The notes under the pieces are model-generated. The model was not told the origin of the DNA. It worked only from the letters and a program-made list of their open reading frames with translations, and ran no database searches. From a virus (taxonomy: Duplodnaviria; Caudoviricetes), in IMG/VR virus record IMGVR_UViG_3300028405_000018, positions 1 to 24,865 of that record: a DNA stretch of 24,865 nt, one strand, 5' to 3'. Each line of letters begins with the position of its first letter. The stretch's first letter is position 1. Shown here piece after piece: positions 1 to 8,098 of the stretch. A program made the position numbers and the translations under genes.

Positions 1-288
1 ATTAACAGATCGAAGCTGAACATATCCTTTTTTGTATAGGAATCCATTTTGGAAAAGTGATGCTCTGACCTTTTGCCTTGGATCAAACCCGTCTAATATA
101 TCAAAGTTATAGAAGTGCTTAAATAGATTGTTGTTAATTAGTGTAGCTGGTACGGTAAAGTCTCTTGATACTGCTGTGAAAATTTTGCCGATATCCCTTG
201 CGTCCTGAATTGAGTCAGTTAACTGTATAGATTCATCTTCAAAGAAATCAACACGTTTATTTTCTATAAATAATTGTAGGTTTAGCAT
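1..288 (-). CDS. Phage minor tail/structural protein, N-terminal part (runs off the window)
   Basis: Not in ORF track. ATG at 288 overlaps the upstream stop (TAATG); open to the window edge: MLNLQLFIENKRVDFFEDESIQLTDSIQDARDIGKIFTAVSRDFTVPAT...; tail-module context. Confidence 0.7.
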   Translation of the reverse strand, partial: MLNLQLFIENKRVDFFEDESIQLTDSIQDARDIGKIFTAVSRDFTVPATLINNNLFKHFYNFDILDGFDPRQKVRASLFQNGFLYKKGYVQLRSVN

Positions 289-1742
289 TATCTAATATCG
301 TTTATATCTGGATTTGCGTATTCAAAGTCAAATGAATAATTAATTAACTTGTCGTTTACGCTTGTCTTAAAGGCAAAGTTTGAACCCGTTAGTATGGCTG
401 GCTCATCGTCTATCCAATAGTTAATTGAGTATTGTAATTGCTTGAAAACCTCGTTAAATTCTTCTGGATAAAAGCCTGTGCTTAGTTTTAACTTTGCGCT
501 TGCTTGCTTGTTGATGATTTGCTTTTGTCCTGTATGTGGTACGTAAGTTCCGTTTCTTAAAATGTTAGCTTTAAAATCTTGTTGAGTAGTGTTAAAACTA
601 TCCTCCCTCTTCTTAAAGAAAACTAAATCTTGTATTACTCCAAACTTATTTATGAAGCTTACTTTTACAGGCGTATATTTTATTTCACAAAGTATATTTT
701 CAGGTATTGTTAAAGTTTGGTTTATTAAAAAAACCTCTCTTTCCGAAGTGATGCTAATAGCTGAATTAACTAATAGATTCGCAATAAAGAAAGCTCTTAA
801 ATCTCTATTTTTTGAAGTAGAAGAATTTAACTCATAGGCAACACTTTCTTTTCTGTCAAGCATATATAATGGTCTTATGCTAGAGTGTGAAAATACTTGT
901 GTATTAGATTGAAGCAATACCTCTGTCGGTGTAAAGTTAACTAGGTTGCCTTTTATTATTGTAGGATTAAACAATCTTATAGCTGCTGCCCCCGGTGGTA
1001 TTTGTTCTGCTATTCTAAACTGGTCACCTAATGCCATTGTAAATGTAACGCTTATCTTATACCATAATCCAACTTTGAACACATCATAAGCAAGTACATC
1101 TCCTGTTACAGCTGTCACGTCTCCTGTTCCAAGGTCTACCGCTATTTCATTATTTTCATCTTTACCTATCTCAACAGTTATAGCACCAATGACAAAACAT
1201 GACATTGTATAAACTCCTGTAAGTTGCAATACATCTCTTAAGACAAATGGGTCTACGTCGATTGTATCTGATATAGAATAAGCATCAGTACCACCAAAGG
1301 GATCGTCTCCATCTGCTGCAATAGTTGTGTTGAATTTGTTACTCCAAGTTTTCGGGTCTGGATTTATTTCACTATTTAATAGTTGCACTTCGTTACGGTC
1401 TACATAACCATCCCTTACTTTAAAGAAGTTGTATTTAGTATCTATCTCATCTCCATCACTATCTAATAAAACCGCTCTCAATAATACGTAAGTTGCTGTA
1501 TCTCTAGCTGTATAAAAATCATCCTCATAAAGATAATTGTTCTTACTTCTTATAAGCTCAGCTATTTCAAAGTTAACTCGTTGATTAATTGGCTCCGCTA
1601 TTAAAGAATAGTCTGGAACCGTTGTAGTATCAATATTAGTTACATCTCTATTAACATAAATTGAAAGCTCTAAAGAAGAGAATCCTCCCCCTGAGTTAAA
1701 GTAAGATACATTTATAGGACTTCTTAATTGTAGTGCTTTCAT
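288..1742 (-). CDS. Putative tail structural protein with inserted beta-sandwich (CBM/head-spike-like) domain
   Basis: 484 aa, coupled to both neighbours; C-terminal 'VSFINKFGVIQDLVF...YSFDFEYA' resembles Bacteroidota phage tail proteins; central 'DPFGGTDA...YTMSCFV...WYKISVTF' segment. Confidence 0.65.
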   Translation of the reverse strand: MKALQLRSPINVSYFNSGGGFSSLELSIYVNRDVTNIDTTTVPDYSLIAEPINQRVNFEIAELIRSKNNYLYEDDFYTARDTATYVLLRAVLLDSDGDEIDTKYNFFKVRDGYVDRNEVQLLNSEINPDPKTWSNKFNTTIAADGDDPFGGTDAYSISDTIDVDPFVLRDVLQLTGVYTMSCFVIGAITVEIGKDENNEIAVDLGTGDVTAVTGDVLAYDVFKVGLWYKISVTFTMALGDQFRIAEQIPPGAAAIRLFNPTIIKGNLVNFTPTEVLLQSNTQVFSHSSIRPLYMLDRKESVAYELNSSTSKNRDLRAFFIANLLVNSAISITSEREVFLINQTLTIPENILCEIKYTPVKVSFINKFGVIQDLVFFKKREDSFNTTQQDFKANILRNGTYVPHTGQKQIINKQASAKLKLSTGFYPEEFNEVFKQLQYSINYWIDDEPAILTGSNFAFKTSVNDKLINYSFDFEYANPDINDIR

Positions 1743-2269
1743 TTCTTTGTAAATGTTAACAGGTCTTGCATATCTAATGCGTACCCGTCTATTATTTCTT
1801 TAGGTAGATTCTTGTATTGGCTCTCAAATGCCTTTGTAAAGAATCCACTCGGCTTAATTCCCTGAGCGTAGATGCTTCGACTAATCAAAAACGCTAAAGT
1901 GTTAATACCTCCTTTTTTAAATCTTCCATCCTTATCTCTGTATTTTAAACCCCTTGCCTTTATCCATTCCTTTAATGGTTTTATCGGAGGTCTTTTGTTC
2001 TTATAACTAAACTGTGAGTTAGGTGCTTTTTGTTTTCCGTTCTTAACCAAACTTGGGTCTGCTCCTTTAACTCCTTCATCCTGAAATACACCGTATTCAC
2101 CTGTATAGAACTTAAGGCTAAAACTATTAGGCGATACTGTTAAGTCGTAGTCTATGGCATTGTATAGAGTTCTAGTAACGTTCTTTTTACCTTTTGTTAG
2201 TCGTGTCCTCGATTGCTTAACTACTCCCTTGCTGAATTTATCTAATGCTGTTTGCGTGTTGTTTAACAT
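1739..2269 (-). CDS. Putative tail completion/neck protein (HK97 gp10-like)
   Basis: 176 aa, basic; 'TRTLYNAI...YGVFQDEGVKG...RPPIKPLKEWIKARG...GIKPSGFF'; sits next to the tail terminator. Confidence 0.6.
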   Translation of the reverse strand: MLNNTQTALDKFSKGVVKQSRTRLTKGKKNVTRTLYNAIDYDLTVSPNSFSLKFYTGEYGVFQDEGVKGADPSLVKNGKQKAPNSQFSYKNKRPPIKPLKEWIKARGLKYRDKDGRFKKGGINTLAFLISRSIYAQGIKPSGFFTKAFESQYKNLPKEIIDGYALDMQDLLTFTKK

Positions 2270-2697
2270 AAGGTCATATTATTTTTAACGCTTATTGTTA
2301 AAGTAGTTTCCATTCCTGCAAGTCCTTTATCTAGTCTATCGGTAAAAGGTGTTAAATTTATTGGTTCTATTTCTTGTACAAGTTGCTCAAATAATAACCC
2401 CCTGTTTAGTTTGTTGTATAGATTGTTAATAACTGCGATTGATTGATTCCAGATAAAATCTTGGTTGTCTTGATCTGTTTCTTTGTTGACGTCTAATATG
2501 TCAGCTATAAAAAGTTGAACCGTAAAGGTGTTAACGCTATTAGTTATCTCTACGCTATCAATGTAGAATGCTACTAAAGGATATAGACTTCGCTTCTTAA
2601 GGTCTATTGATGGAATGTCGTCATTCTCTACTCTTGCGATTAATTCGCTAGATTCAAGCTCTTCTCGTATTATCTTAATTAGTTCTTGATATTCCAT
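2263..2697 (-). CDS. Putative tail terminator/tail completion protein
   Basis: 144 aa, acidic; 'LYPLVAF', 'PFTDRLDKGLAG' pattern; position in tail module. Confidence 0.55.
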   Translation of the reverse strand: MEYQELIKIIREELESSELIARVENDDIPSIDLKKRSLYPLVAFYIDSVEITNSVNTFTVQLFIADILDVNKETDQDNQDFIWNQSIAVINNLYNKLNRGLLFEQLVQEIEPINLTPFTDRLDKGLAGMETTLTISVKNNMTLC

Positions 2698-3393
2698 TTG
2701 TCGGCTTCTTATTTTCTTCTTTAAACTTGTCTACTTCGTATTCTAAGTACATTAAGCATTCATGTACATTCCTTTCGGTGGCTCTGTCAAATGCTTCAAG
2801 TTGTCCTCCAGCGAGCTTATATATGCTTGCATAGTTTCCCCACTTTCGGCTGAAAGATGTCGGCTCTCCTCCTTCAAAAAGACCGGGATAAAGTTTAACA
2901 AGTCTTTCGTTAAATGATAAAAAAAAACCTTAGCACTTAAGAAAGCATCTAGTGGCGCATGATACATTATTGATGAGTATTCTAAACTACCCTTGTATTT
3001 CTCAGTTAGATATTTTCCGTTTTGCTTAGTTGTTATTGGTCGATACATTACCGCCATTGCATTTGTCATCTTTTCTATATCGTTAACATAATCTGTCAGG
3101 TCGTTGTTTTCTCCGTAGCTCATTGCGTCTAAGCTTGGTATAAATCCAAACTCTTTGCCACCTAACTTAAAGCTTTGTATTAGCTCCTTTGGCTCTTCTA
3201 ATAATAACTTATTGATTGCTTCGACTAGCCTGGCTACGTCCGTTGCCTTCATGTCAAAGACTCCTTTAGTGTCTATTCCGTAAAAGCATCTTAACACGTC
3301 GTAGTCGTTAGGCTCTTCTATCTTTGCAAACTCTTGATAGTGTCCTAACTTAATCTCGCTTAGCTTCTCTGGTATAGTTATCTCTAGCTTCAT
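2675..3393 (-). CDS. Tail assembly chaperone, -1 frameshift product (about 239 aa)
   Basis: After ...KVFF the -1 frame reads LSFNERLVKLYPGLFEGGEPTSFSRKWGNYASIYKLAGG...CLMYLEYE... to TAA at 2675-2677; this frame has a stop just before the T-run. Confidence 0.7.
2752..3393 (-). CDS. Tail assembly chaperone (0-frame product)
   Basis: 213 aa; contains slippery G-TTT-TTT-TTT (plus-strand A9 at 2919-2927) followed by an open -1 frame. Confidence 0.7.
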   Translation of the reverse strand: MKLEITIPEKLSEIKLGHYQEFAKIEEPNDYDVLRCFYGIDTKGVFDMKATDVARLVEAINKLLLEEPKELIQSFKLGGKEFGFIPSLDAMSYGENNDLTDYVNDIEKMTNAMAVMYRPITTKQNGKYLTEKYKGSLEYSSIMYHAPLDAFLSAKVFFYHLTKDLLNFIPVFLKEESRHLSAESGETMQAYISSLEDNLKHLTEPPKGMYMNA

Positions 3394-3426
3394 ACTTAAT
3401 ATACTTTGGATTTGTTTGTTTGTTAC
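3391..3426 (-). promoter_or_regulatory. Candidate phage late promoter (GTWACAAA-N10/11-CAAAGTATA-N6-ATG)
   Basis: Same motif and same distance to ATG at 23886-23922. Confidence 0.5.
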
Positions 3427-3563
3427 GTATCGTCTGTCATAAATACATCGTCTGTCTTATCGGAATAAATATTATAAAACAGTTTGATTGCTGTTTCGTT
3501 ATCCTCCGCTACAATGTGACCTACTTCTTTACCTGTCTGTCTATCTTTTACTGAATATCTCAT
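3423..3563 (-). CDS. Small hypothetical protein (46 aa)
   Basis: Not in track; MRYSVKDRQTGKEVGHIVAEDNETAIKLFYNIYSDKTDDVFMTDDT; A-rich leader AAAATAAAATAACTATG. Confidence 0.55.
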   Translation of the reverse strand: MRYSVKDRQTGKEVGHIVAEDNETAIKLFYNIYSDKTDDVFMTDDT

Positions 3564-3631
3564 AGTTATTTTATTTTAAGTTTGTAGCGTTTATAGTAGT
3601 TGAGTTAACATCGTCCACAGGGTAGAGACAA

Positions 3632-4894
3632 CTAATATACGTAATACTTCCCTTTGTTGGGTTCAAGATTAAAAATCATCCTCATAGTGATTGCATCTAG
3701 CAGGTCAGGTGAATGCCCTATAATCTCTTTTATCTTCTCCTTTGGCATCAGTTGTATCTTCCCCTCTTTGTCTAGTGCATAAGACTTTAGGCACTCCAAC
3801 TCTTTGTAGAGTTCTCCCTTGTCTATCTTACAATCTATTTTAATACCTTCAATTCTGCAATGTTTAGCAAACTCGTAACCGCATTGGCTTTTAAGGTTCT
3901 TATAGTTCGTTTTGCCTATTGGTGTACCTCCGTTGTTAAATGGTCTCGCTCCTTGAAGATAACCTCTAAGAAACGAACCTAGACCATCTGCATCGTATGT
4001 GATGTTATTACGTTGTACTCCGTATTTATTGGCGGTTTCTTTTAGTAACTTCTCTACTTCTGGGGCTTCACATTTGGCTGTTATAATGCAGTCGATTATT
4101 TTCCAACCTGACCAAACAAATACAACAAACTTATCCGAACCATGTAAGGCAATATCAGCAGTAATGTATTTAGTGCCATCCTTAACAAAGTCATTAGTAA
4201 ACATAGACTTCATAGTGTCAAAACTGATAAGCTGGTCTTCGCTTTCTGTTTCTTCTGCTAGGTAGAGTTGTTGGAATATCTTAGTAGGTAGGTCTTTTTG
4301 TGCTTGTAGTATCTCAGCTTCGTCTAGTATGCCCTCCTTAACTGCATCCCAAGCTGTAATCTTATAGTATGCGTATTGGTCGTCAGTCTTTGCCTTTTCT
4401 TTTACTTGGTGCATCCAATTTGCGATACCTCCAAAGTTACCGATCATCTTCATTACTCCCTTAGTTGAGGTTACGGTAGAACGTAATGCGTAGAATGCTT
4501 CTACCTTTGCCCTAGGTGCTTCGTCAAATACAACTGAGTAGACATCTTCTCCAAATAGATTATCGTATTTGTCTGCAGACTTGAAGCAAATGACTGCACC
4601 GTTAGGGCAAGTAATCGTTAAACTTGATTCATTAATTTTATAATAGCCGGTGCGACCTAGTTTAATCCTTAGCCTGTTAAATGCTATCTTAGCCTGTGAG
4701 TAAACAGGAGCTACCCACCAATGATTATATCCTGTCTTATTCCAAGGCTCGTGCGCTCTTTCGTATATCCACCAAATATGGGCAAAGGTTTTGCCTGCTT
4801 TTGTTGACGCTTCTGTAAACGTAAACCTTGCACCGTTGTAAAGGAAGTCCTTTTGATAGGTTGTTAGTTTTGGTCTTTTTACATTAATCTTCAA
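3632..4894 (-). CDS. terL: Terminase large subunit
   Basis: 420 aa; Walker A EASTKAGKT, WWVAP, Walker B VVFDEA, nuclease TADIA and SPDLLDA. Confidence 0.93.
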   Translation of the reverse strand: MKINVKRPKLTTYQKDFLYNGARFTFTEASTKAGKTFAHIWWIYERAHEPWNKTGYNHWWVAPVYSQAKIAFNRLRIKLGRTGYYKINESSLTITCPNGAVICFKSADKYDNLFGEDVYSVVFDEAPRAKVEAFYALRSTVTSTKGVMKMIGNFGGIANWMHQVKEKAKTDDQYAYYKITAWDAVKEGILDEAEILQAQKDLPTKIFQQLYLAEETESEDQLISFDTMKSMFTNDFVKDGTKYITADIALHGSDKFVVFVWSGWKIIDCIITAKCEAPEVEKLLKETANKYGVQRNNITYDADGLGSFLRGYLQGARPFNNGGTPIGKTNYKNLKSQCGYEFAKHCRIEGIKIDCKIDKGELYKELECLKSYALDKEGKIQLMPKEKIKEIIGHSPDLLDAITMRMIFNLEPNKGKYYVY

Positions 4895-5261
4895 AGTTAA
4901 CTTCTATATGTTCAATTTTAGATTCTGTTTTTATCGGCTGGTTTAACCCTAGCAATAAGCTCATTTGACCTAAAACCCCTCTGCACTCCTTGAAGTCTTG
5001 TATTTTGTAATTCTTTTCATATAAGTTTCTTAATTGGGACACTTGTTCTGATAATGCAACATCCCTGTATTCTTTAGCATCTTCATCCTTTTGCTCTTTG
5101 GCTTTTTTAATATAATTGTAAACTGTTCTTTCTCCAATACTGTATTTTTTTGCAATGTATGAAACAATTTCTTTATTTCTTTTACCCATTAATTGCAGAG
5201 CATAAACCATGTTTACTCTTTCAGCTACAATATTTTCGTCGTCTCCTTTTCTCCTTCCCAT
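4884..5261 (-). CDS. terS: Terminase small subunit (HTH)
   Basis: 125 aa overlapping the terL start; HTH-like 'KEIVSYIAKKYSIGERTVYNYIKKA', helical middle, C-terminal beta strand. Confidence 0.7.
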   Translation of the reverse strand: MGRRKGDDENIVAERVNMVYALQLMGKRNKEIVSYIAKKYSIGERTVYNYIKKAKEQKDEDAKEYRDVALSEQVSQLRNLYEKNYKIQDFKECRGVLGQMSLLLGLNQPIKTESKIEHIEVNFED

Positions 5262-5273
5262 ATTATTATTTTT

Positions 5274-5387
5274 TTAAAATGGTGCTCCAGTACTACCTCC
5301 CCCTTGTGATCCTTGGTTTCCTATATTTAAAAACCCCCCTGTTTTAGCTTCCCATGCTTTTATTCTACTTCTGTCTTGTGGTGTCAT
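5274..5387 (-). CDS. Small Gly-rich peptide (37 aa) ending in PF
   Basis: Not in track; ATGA overlap with upstream stop; MTPQDRSRIKAWEAKTGGFLNIGNQGSQGGGSTGAPF. Confidence 0.6.
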   Translation of the reverse strand: MTPQDRSRIKAWEAKTGGFLNIGNQGSQGGGSTGAPF

Positions 5388-6082
5388 AATGTTCTTATTT
5401 TTTTATTTGATATTGGTTTTTGAATTGTTTTATATTCCTCTAAGACCTTATTATTAAAGTCTGTAACAAAGTCGTGTATTTCTTCATTAAATGTTAGATG
5501 TAGTTGTTCTAAATTGTCCGAACTTCTTAAATTTGATGAGCCATGTATAGTTATTTTATGCCCTTTATCTGTTAATATTGTAGTTATTTTAGTATGATTT
5601 CTACATACAGCTAATTGCATTTTGTTGTCTATATCTAATTGTTCATACATTTCTTTTATTAATCCTTTACGTTCGTGTGCGTAAAAATAATAACCTATTA
5701 AGAAATTTACATTTTCGATATATCCTTTTTCTATAAATGTTTTTATTCCTATAATGTTTTGAAGGCTTAAAGATAAGGTTGATATATCCATTCTTACTGC
5801 TTTTATATCGTGGTATCTTAGAAACGCTAATATAAAATCTCCAAATATAAAAGACCCATCAACTATTGAAAACAAGTCTCCTTTTGTTTTCATATCTATT
5901 TTTTTTACTAAAGTTTCCGCATTAGAAAACCTTATTTGTGATTGTGACCTATGCTTTTGTTTTAATGGTTTGACATATCTACTTTCTAGACTATCTTGCT
6001 CAAAATCTAACTCTTCTGTATCTTGTATTAGATCAAAATCGTTGTCTTCAAAATCATTTAATTCTTTTTCTATTTTTTCCAT
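5384..6082 (-). CDS. Phospholipase D-superfamily (single HKD) nuclease-like protein
   Basis: 'NHTKITTILTD...IHGSSNLRSSDNLEQ' matches HxK...D...GSxN...N.E; acidic N-terminus. Confidence 0.7.
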   Translation of the reverse strand: MEKIEKELNDFEDNDFDLIQDTEELDFEQDSLESRYVKPLKQKHRSQSQIRFSNAETLVKKIDMKTKGDLFSIVDGSFIFGDFILAFLRYHDIKAVRMDISTLSLSLQNIIGIKTFIEKGYIENVNFLIGYYFYAHERKGLIKEMYEQLDIDNKMQLAVCRNHTKITTILTDKGHKITIHGSSNLRSSDNLEQLHLTFNEEIHDFVTDFNNKVLEEYKTIQKPISNKKIRTL

Positions 6083-6098
6083 ACTTTTTTTAATTTAT

Positions 6099-6509
6099 TT
6101 AGTTTTTAAATTCATTAATTAATTTTATAAGATCCTCTTTTGTCAAATCTCCTTCGTATTGTGTTGTATAATCTTCAAACTCATTGCCTCCTGTATTTCC
6201 TTTTATAATTTGGCTATCATCAAATTCTATACCTTGAACCAAATGAACTCTACATTCTACATCTTGACTATCTATTACTATCTCACATTCGTTTTCTCTG
6301 TTTTCTAATGCAAACAATGAGTTGTCAATGTCTACGAAGTCAATATCAACATCAATAAAAAGCACTACGTAACCATCCTTACCATGAAAACCATTAATAT
6401 CATCAGCATGATCTTCAGCAAATATATCACAAAGTGTCCAAGAGTTTCCAAGGTTGCTTGTGTCTATTTCATCTCCTTCGTTTAGTAATATGCTTCTGAA
6501 TAGTTTCAT
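6099..6509 (-). CDS. Acidic protein with ADP-ribosyltransferase-like R-S-E motifs (start revised to 6509)
   Basis: 136 aa from ATG 6509: LFR (R5), SWT (S23), ECEIVI (E74/E76); the track start at 6596 lies upstream of the promoter repeat, so the extension would run through it. Confidence 0.55.
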   Translation of the reverse strand: MKLFRSILLNEGDEIDTSNLGNSWTLCDIFAEDHADDINGFHGKDGYVVLFIDVDIDFVDIDNSLFALENRENECEIVIDSQDVECRVHLVQGIEFDDSQIIKGNTGGNEFEDYTTQYEGDLTKEDLIKLINEFKN

Positions 6510-6531
6510 AATGTGCGTTTTAATTATACGT

Positions 6532-6574
6532 AAATATACAACTAACAAATGGATAAATGAACAAATATTTAAAC
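6532..6574 (-). promoter_or_regulatory. Early-type promoter repeat, copy 1 (43 bp identical to 17753-17795)
   Basis: Exact repeat; minus strand ...TTTG-N23-TATATTTA, close to the Bacteroidota TAnnTTTG -7 box. Confidence 0.7.
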
Positions 6575-6629
6575 AAATGTATGTTAAATTACACAATTAT
6601 TTTATCTTTCATAGTTTTAGTTTTATTTG

Positions 6630-7061
6630 TTAATATTGTTTTAATACTTTTTCTAACTTATTTATTGTTGCTCTCACACAACTAGGGCATGAGCTTAATT
6701 CTATTTGCTGAGCAAAGATACGATTATGAATTTTAATGATTTGCTTCTGTAAATCTATGCTTGCGACCGCTGGCTTGTTTCCTATTAGTTTTGTCAGGTA
6801 TTCGTACTCATCTTCATTCAGGCATTTAGGTACATCGTAGGCAAATGATTTATTAAGTTTCGCCTGTCGCTCATCACATCCGCAATCTTCGCCAGCAATG
6901 AACTTTACTAGCTTGTCTACGCCTGTTGCCTTGGTTGCTTTTGCGATGGTGTCGCCTAGTCCTTTAGATTTGTTCTCGTGTCTTTTCTTATACTCCTTAT
7001 ATTCTTTAGTCCTCTTGTCTAGGCTTTCCAAATATGGCTCTTTCTTGATTTCTTGTTGCAT
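6630..7061 (-). CDS. Conserved phage protein with CGC and CxxC motifs
   Basis: 143 aa; 'SKGLGDTIAKATKATG...EDCGCDERQAKLN...SSCPSC'. Confidence 0.75.
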   Translation of the reverse strand: MQQEIKKEPYLESLDKRTKEYKEYKKRHENKSKGLGDTIAKATKATGVDKLVKFIAGEDCGCDERQAKLNKSFAYDVPKCLNEDEYEYLTKLIGNKPAVASIDLQKQIIKIHNRIFAQQIELSSCPSCVRATINKLEKVLKQY

Positions 7062-7188
7062 TGTATATTTTTTTAAGTTGTTTTCCTATTATTACTTTGC
7101 TTGTACCTTCCATTTTGTAATACTTGTTAGGCTTTATGTTCTTAATAAACTCTCTTGTTTCTTCGTCTTTGCTTAAGTCTTTTTTCAT
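7006..7188 (-). CDS. Hypothetical protein (start probably 7188)
   Basis: ATGA overlap with upstream stop at 7185-7188; AAAACTATG context. Confidence 0.5.
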   Translation of the reverse strand: MKKDLSKDEETREFIKNIKPNKYYKMEGTSKVIIGKQLKKIYNATRNQERAIFGKPRQED

Positions 7189-7406
7189 AGTTTTCTCCAT
7201 TGAGCGGTTAACATTTCATCGTTTGTTTTCCTATTTTCAGCTTTTGATAGTTTTAACTCTATGTATCTTTCTATTTCTTCTATAGAACTGTAGTCAATTA
7301 ACTTTTTAAACAATCTTTTTTTAAACTGCTCTCCTTCTTCTGCAAGTATTCTATCCATGTATTGCTTTTCGACTATAGTTAAAGCTAAAGTTCTTTTCTC
7401 TTCCAT
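7185..7406 (-). CDS. Hypothetical protein
   Basis: 73 aa, tightly packed in operon. Confidence 0.6.
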   Translation of the reverse strand: MEEKRTLALTIVEKQYMDRILAEEGEQFKKRLFKKLIDYSSIEEIERYIELKLSKAENRKTNDEMLTAQWRKL

Positions 7407-7408
7407 AG

Positions 7409-7861
7409 TTATTTAGTTAATCTTAGTTTTAATGATTTTATTCCTTTGTTCTTTGCTCTCATCATCTTGACCCTGCAAATGCTTGTCTCTCGCTCTATCT
7501 CGCAAAGGCTAATGCCTTCGATCTTATGTAGCTGAATTACTTGTCTCTCAAAATAAGGAAGCTCATGTAATGCCTTTTGTATATCAATCCAGTTTAAATG
7601 GTCATCGCTCTTTAAATTATCTTCTGTTCGGTTCTCGTCTATGTTAAAATTAAAATCTTTTTTTTTGTGACTATCGTAGCAAAGATTCCTTAAGGTTACA
7701 TATACATAACCATTATAATTTAACTTTGTGACTATCTTAGACTTGCTTATCTTAATGTACATTTCTTGTACTATGTCTTCTGGATAGTCAGTTACTCCAA
7801 AGACCTTGCAAACGTTAATCCATTCTTTGTGGTTTTTTGAGATTAAGCTGAGTACATTCAT
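7409..7861 (-). CDS. RNA polymerase sigma-70 family (ECF-like) factor
   Basis: 150 aa; region 2 'EDIVQEMYIKI...YVYVTLRNLCYD', region 4 'ALHELPYFERQVIQLHKIEGISLCEIERET'. Confidence 0.85.
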   Translation of the reverse strand: MNVLSLISKNHKEWINVCKVFGVTDYPEDIVQEMYIKISKSKIVTKLNYNGYVYVTLRNLCYDSHKKKDFNFNIDENRTEDNLKSDDHLNWIDIQKALHELPYFERQVIQLHKIEGISLCEIERETSICRVKMMRAKNKGIKSLKLRLTK

Positions 7862-7867
7862 TAAGGC

Positions 7868-8098
7868 TTATTTGATTATCTCAAATATAAACTTTTTTTT
7901 TATTACCCAAAGTATAAACAATCCTGTAAGTATTTGAATTGCTAAGATACAGAAAATTATTCCAGCCATTATAAAAGCGTTTATAAAGTCTTCCATTACT
8001 TGCATTGTAAAAATCATATCCTCTTGAGTCCATTTCCCTTCTTCCGTTCCACAACTTGTAAAAGCAAATAATGCTAATAATAATACTAATTTTTTCAT
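7868..8098 (-). CDS. Small lipoprotein-like membrane protein
   Basis: MKKLVLLLALFAFTS-C lipobox plus C-terminal hydrophobic helix. Confidence 0.55.
   Translation of the reverse strand: MKKLVLLLALFAFTSCGTEEGKWTQEDMIFTMQVMEDFINAFIMAGIIFCILAIQILTGLFILWVIKKKFIFEIIK

Noticed and set aside
3564-3634. Possible RNA structure after terL (TAGTTG/CAACTA enclosing TCTAC/GTGGA)
   Set aside because: Stems are short and there is no second copy or U-tract; indistinguishable from chance.
6510-6596. N-terminal extension of the 165-aa ORF
   Set aside because: Runs through the promoter repeat; ATG 6509 is the more plausible start.
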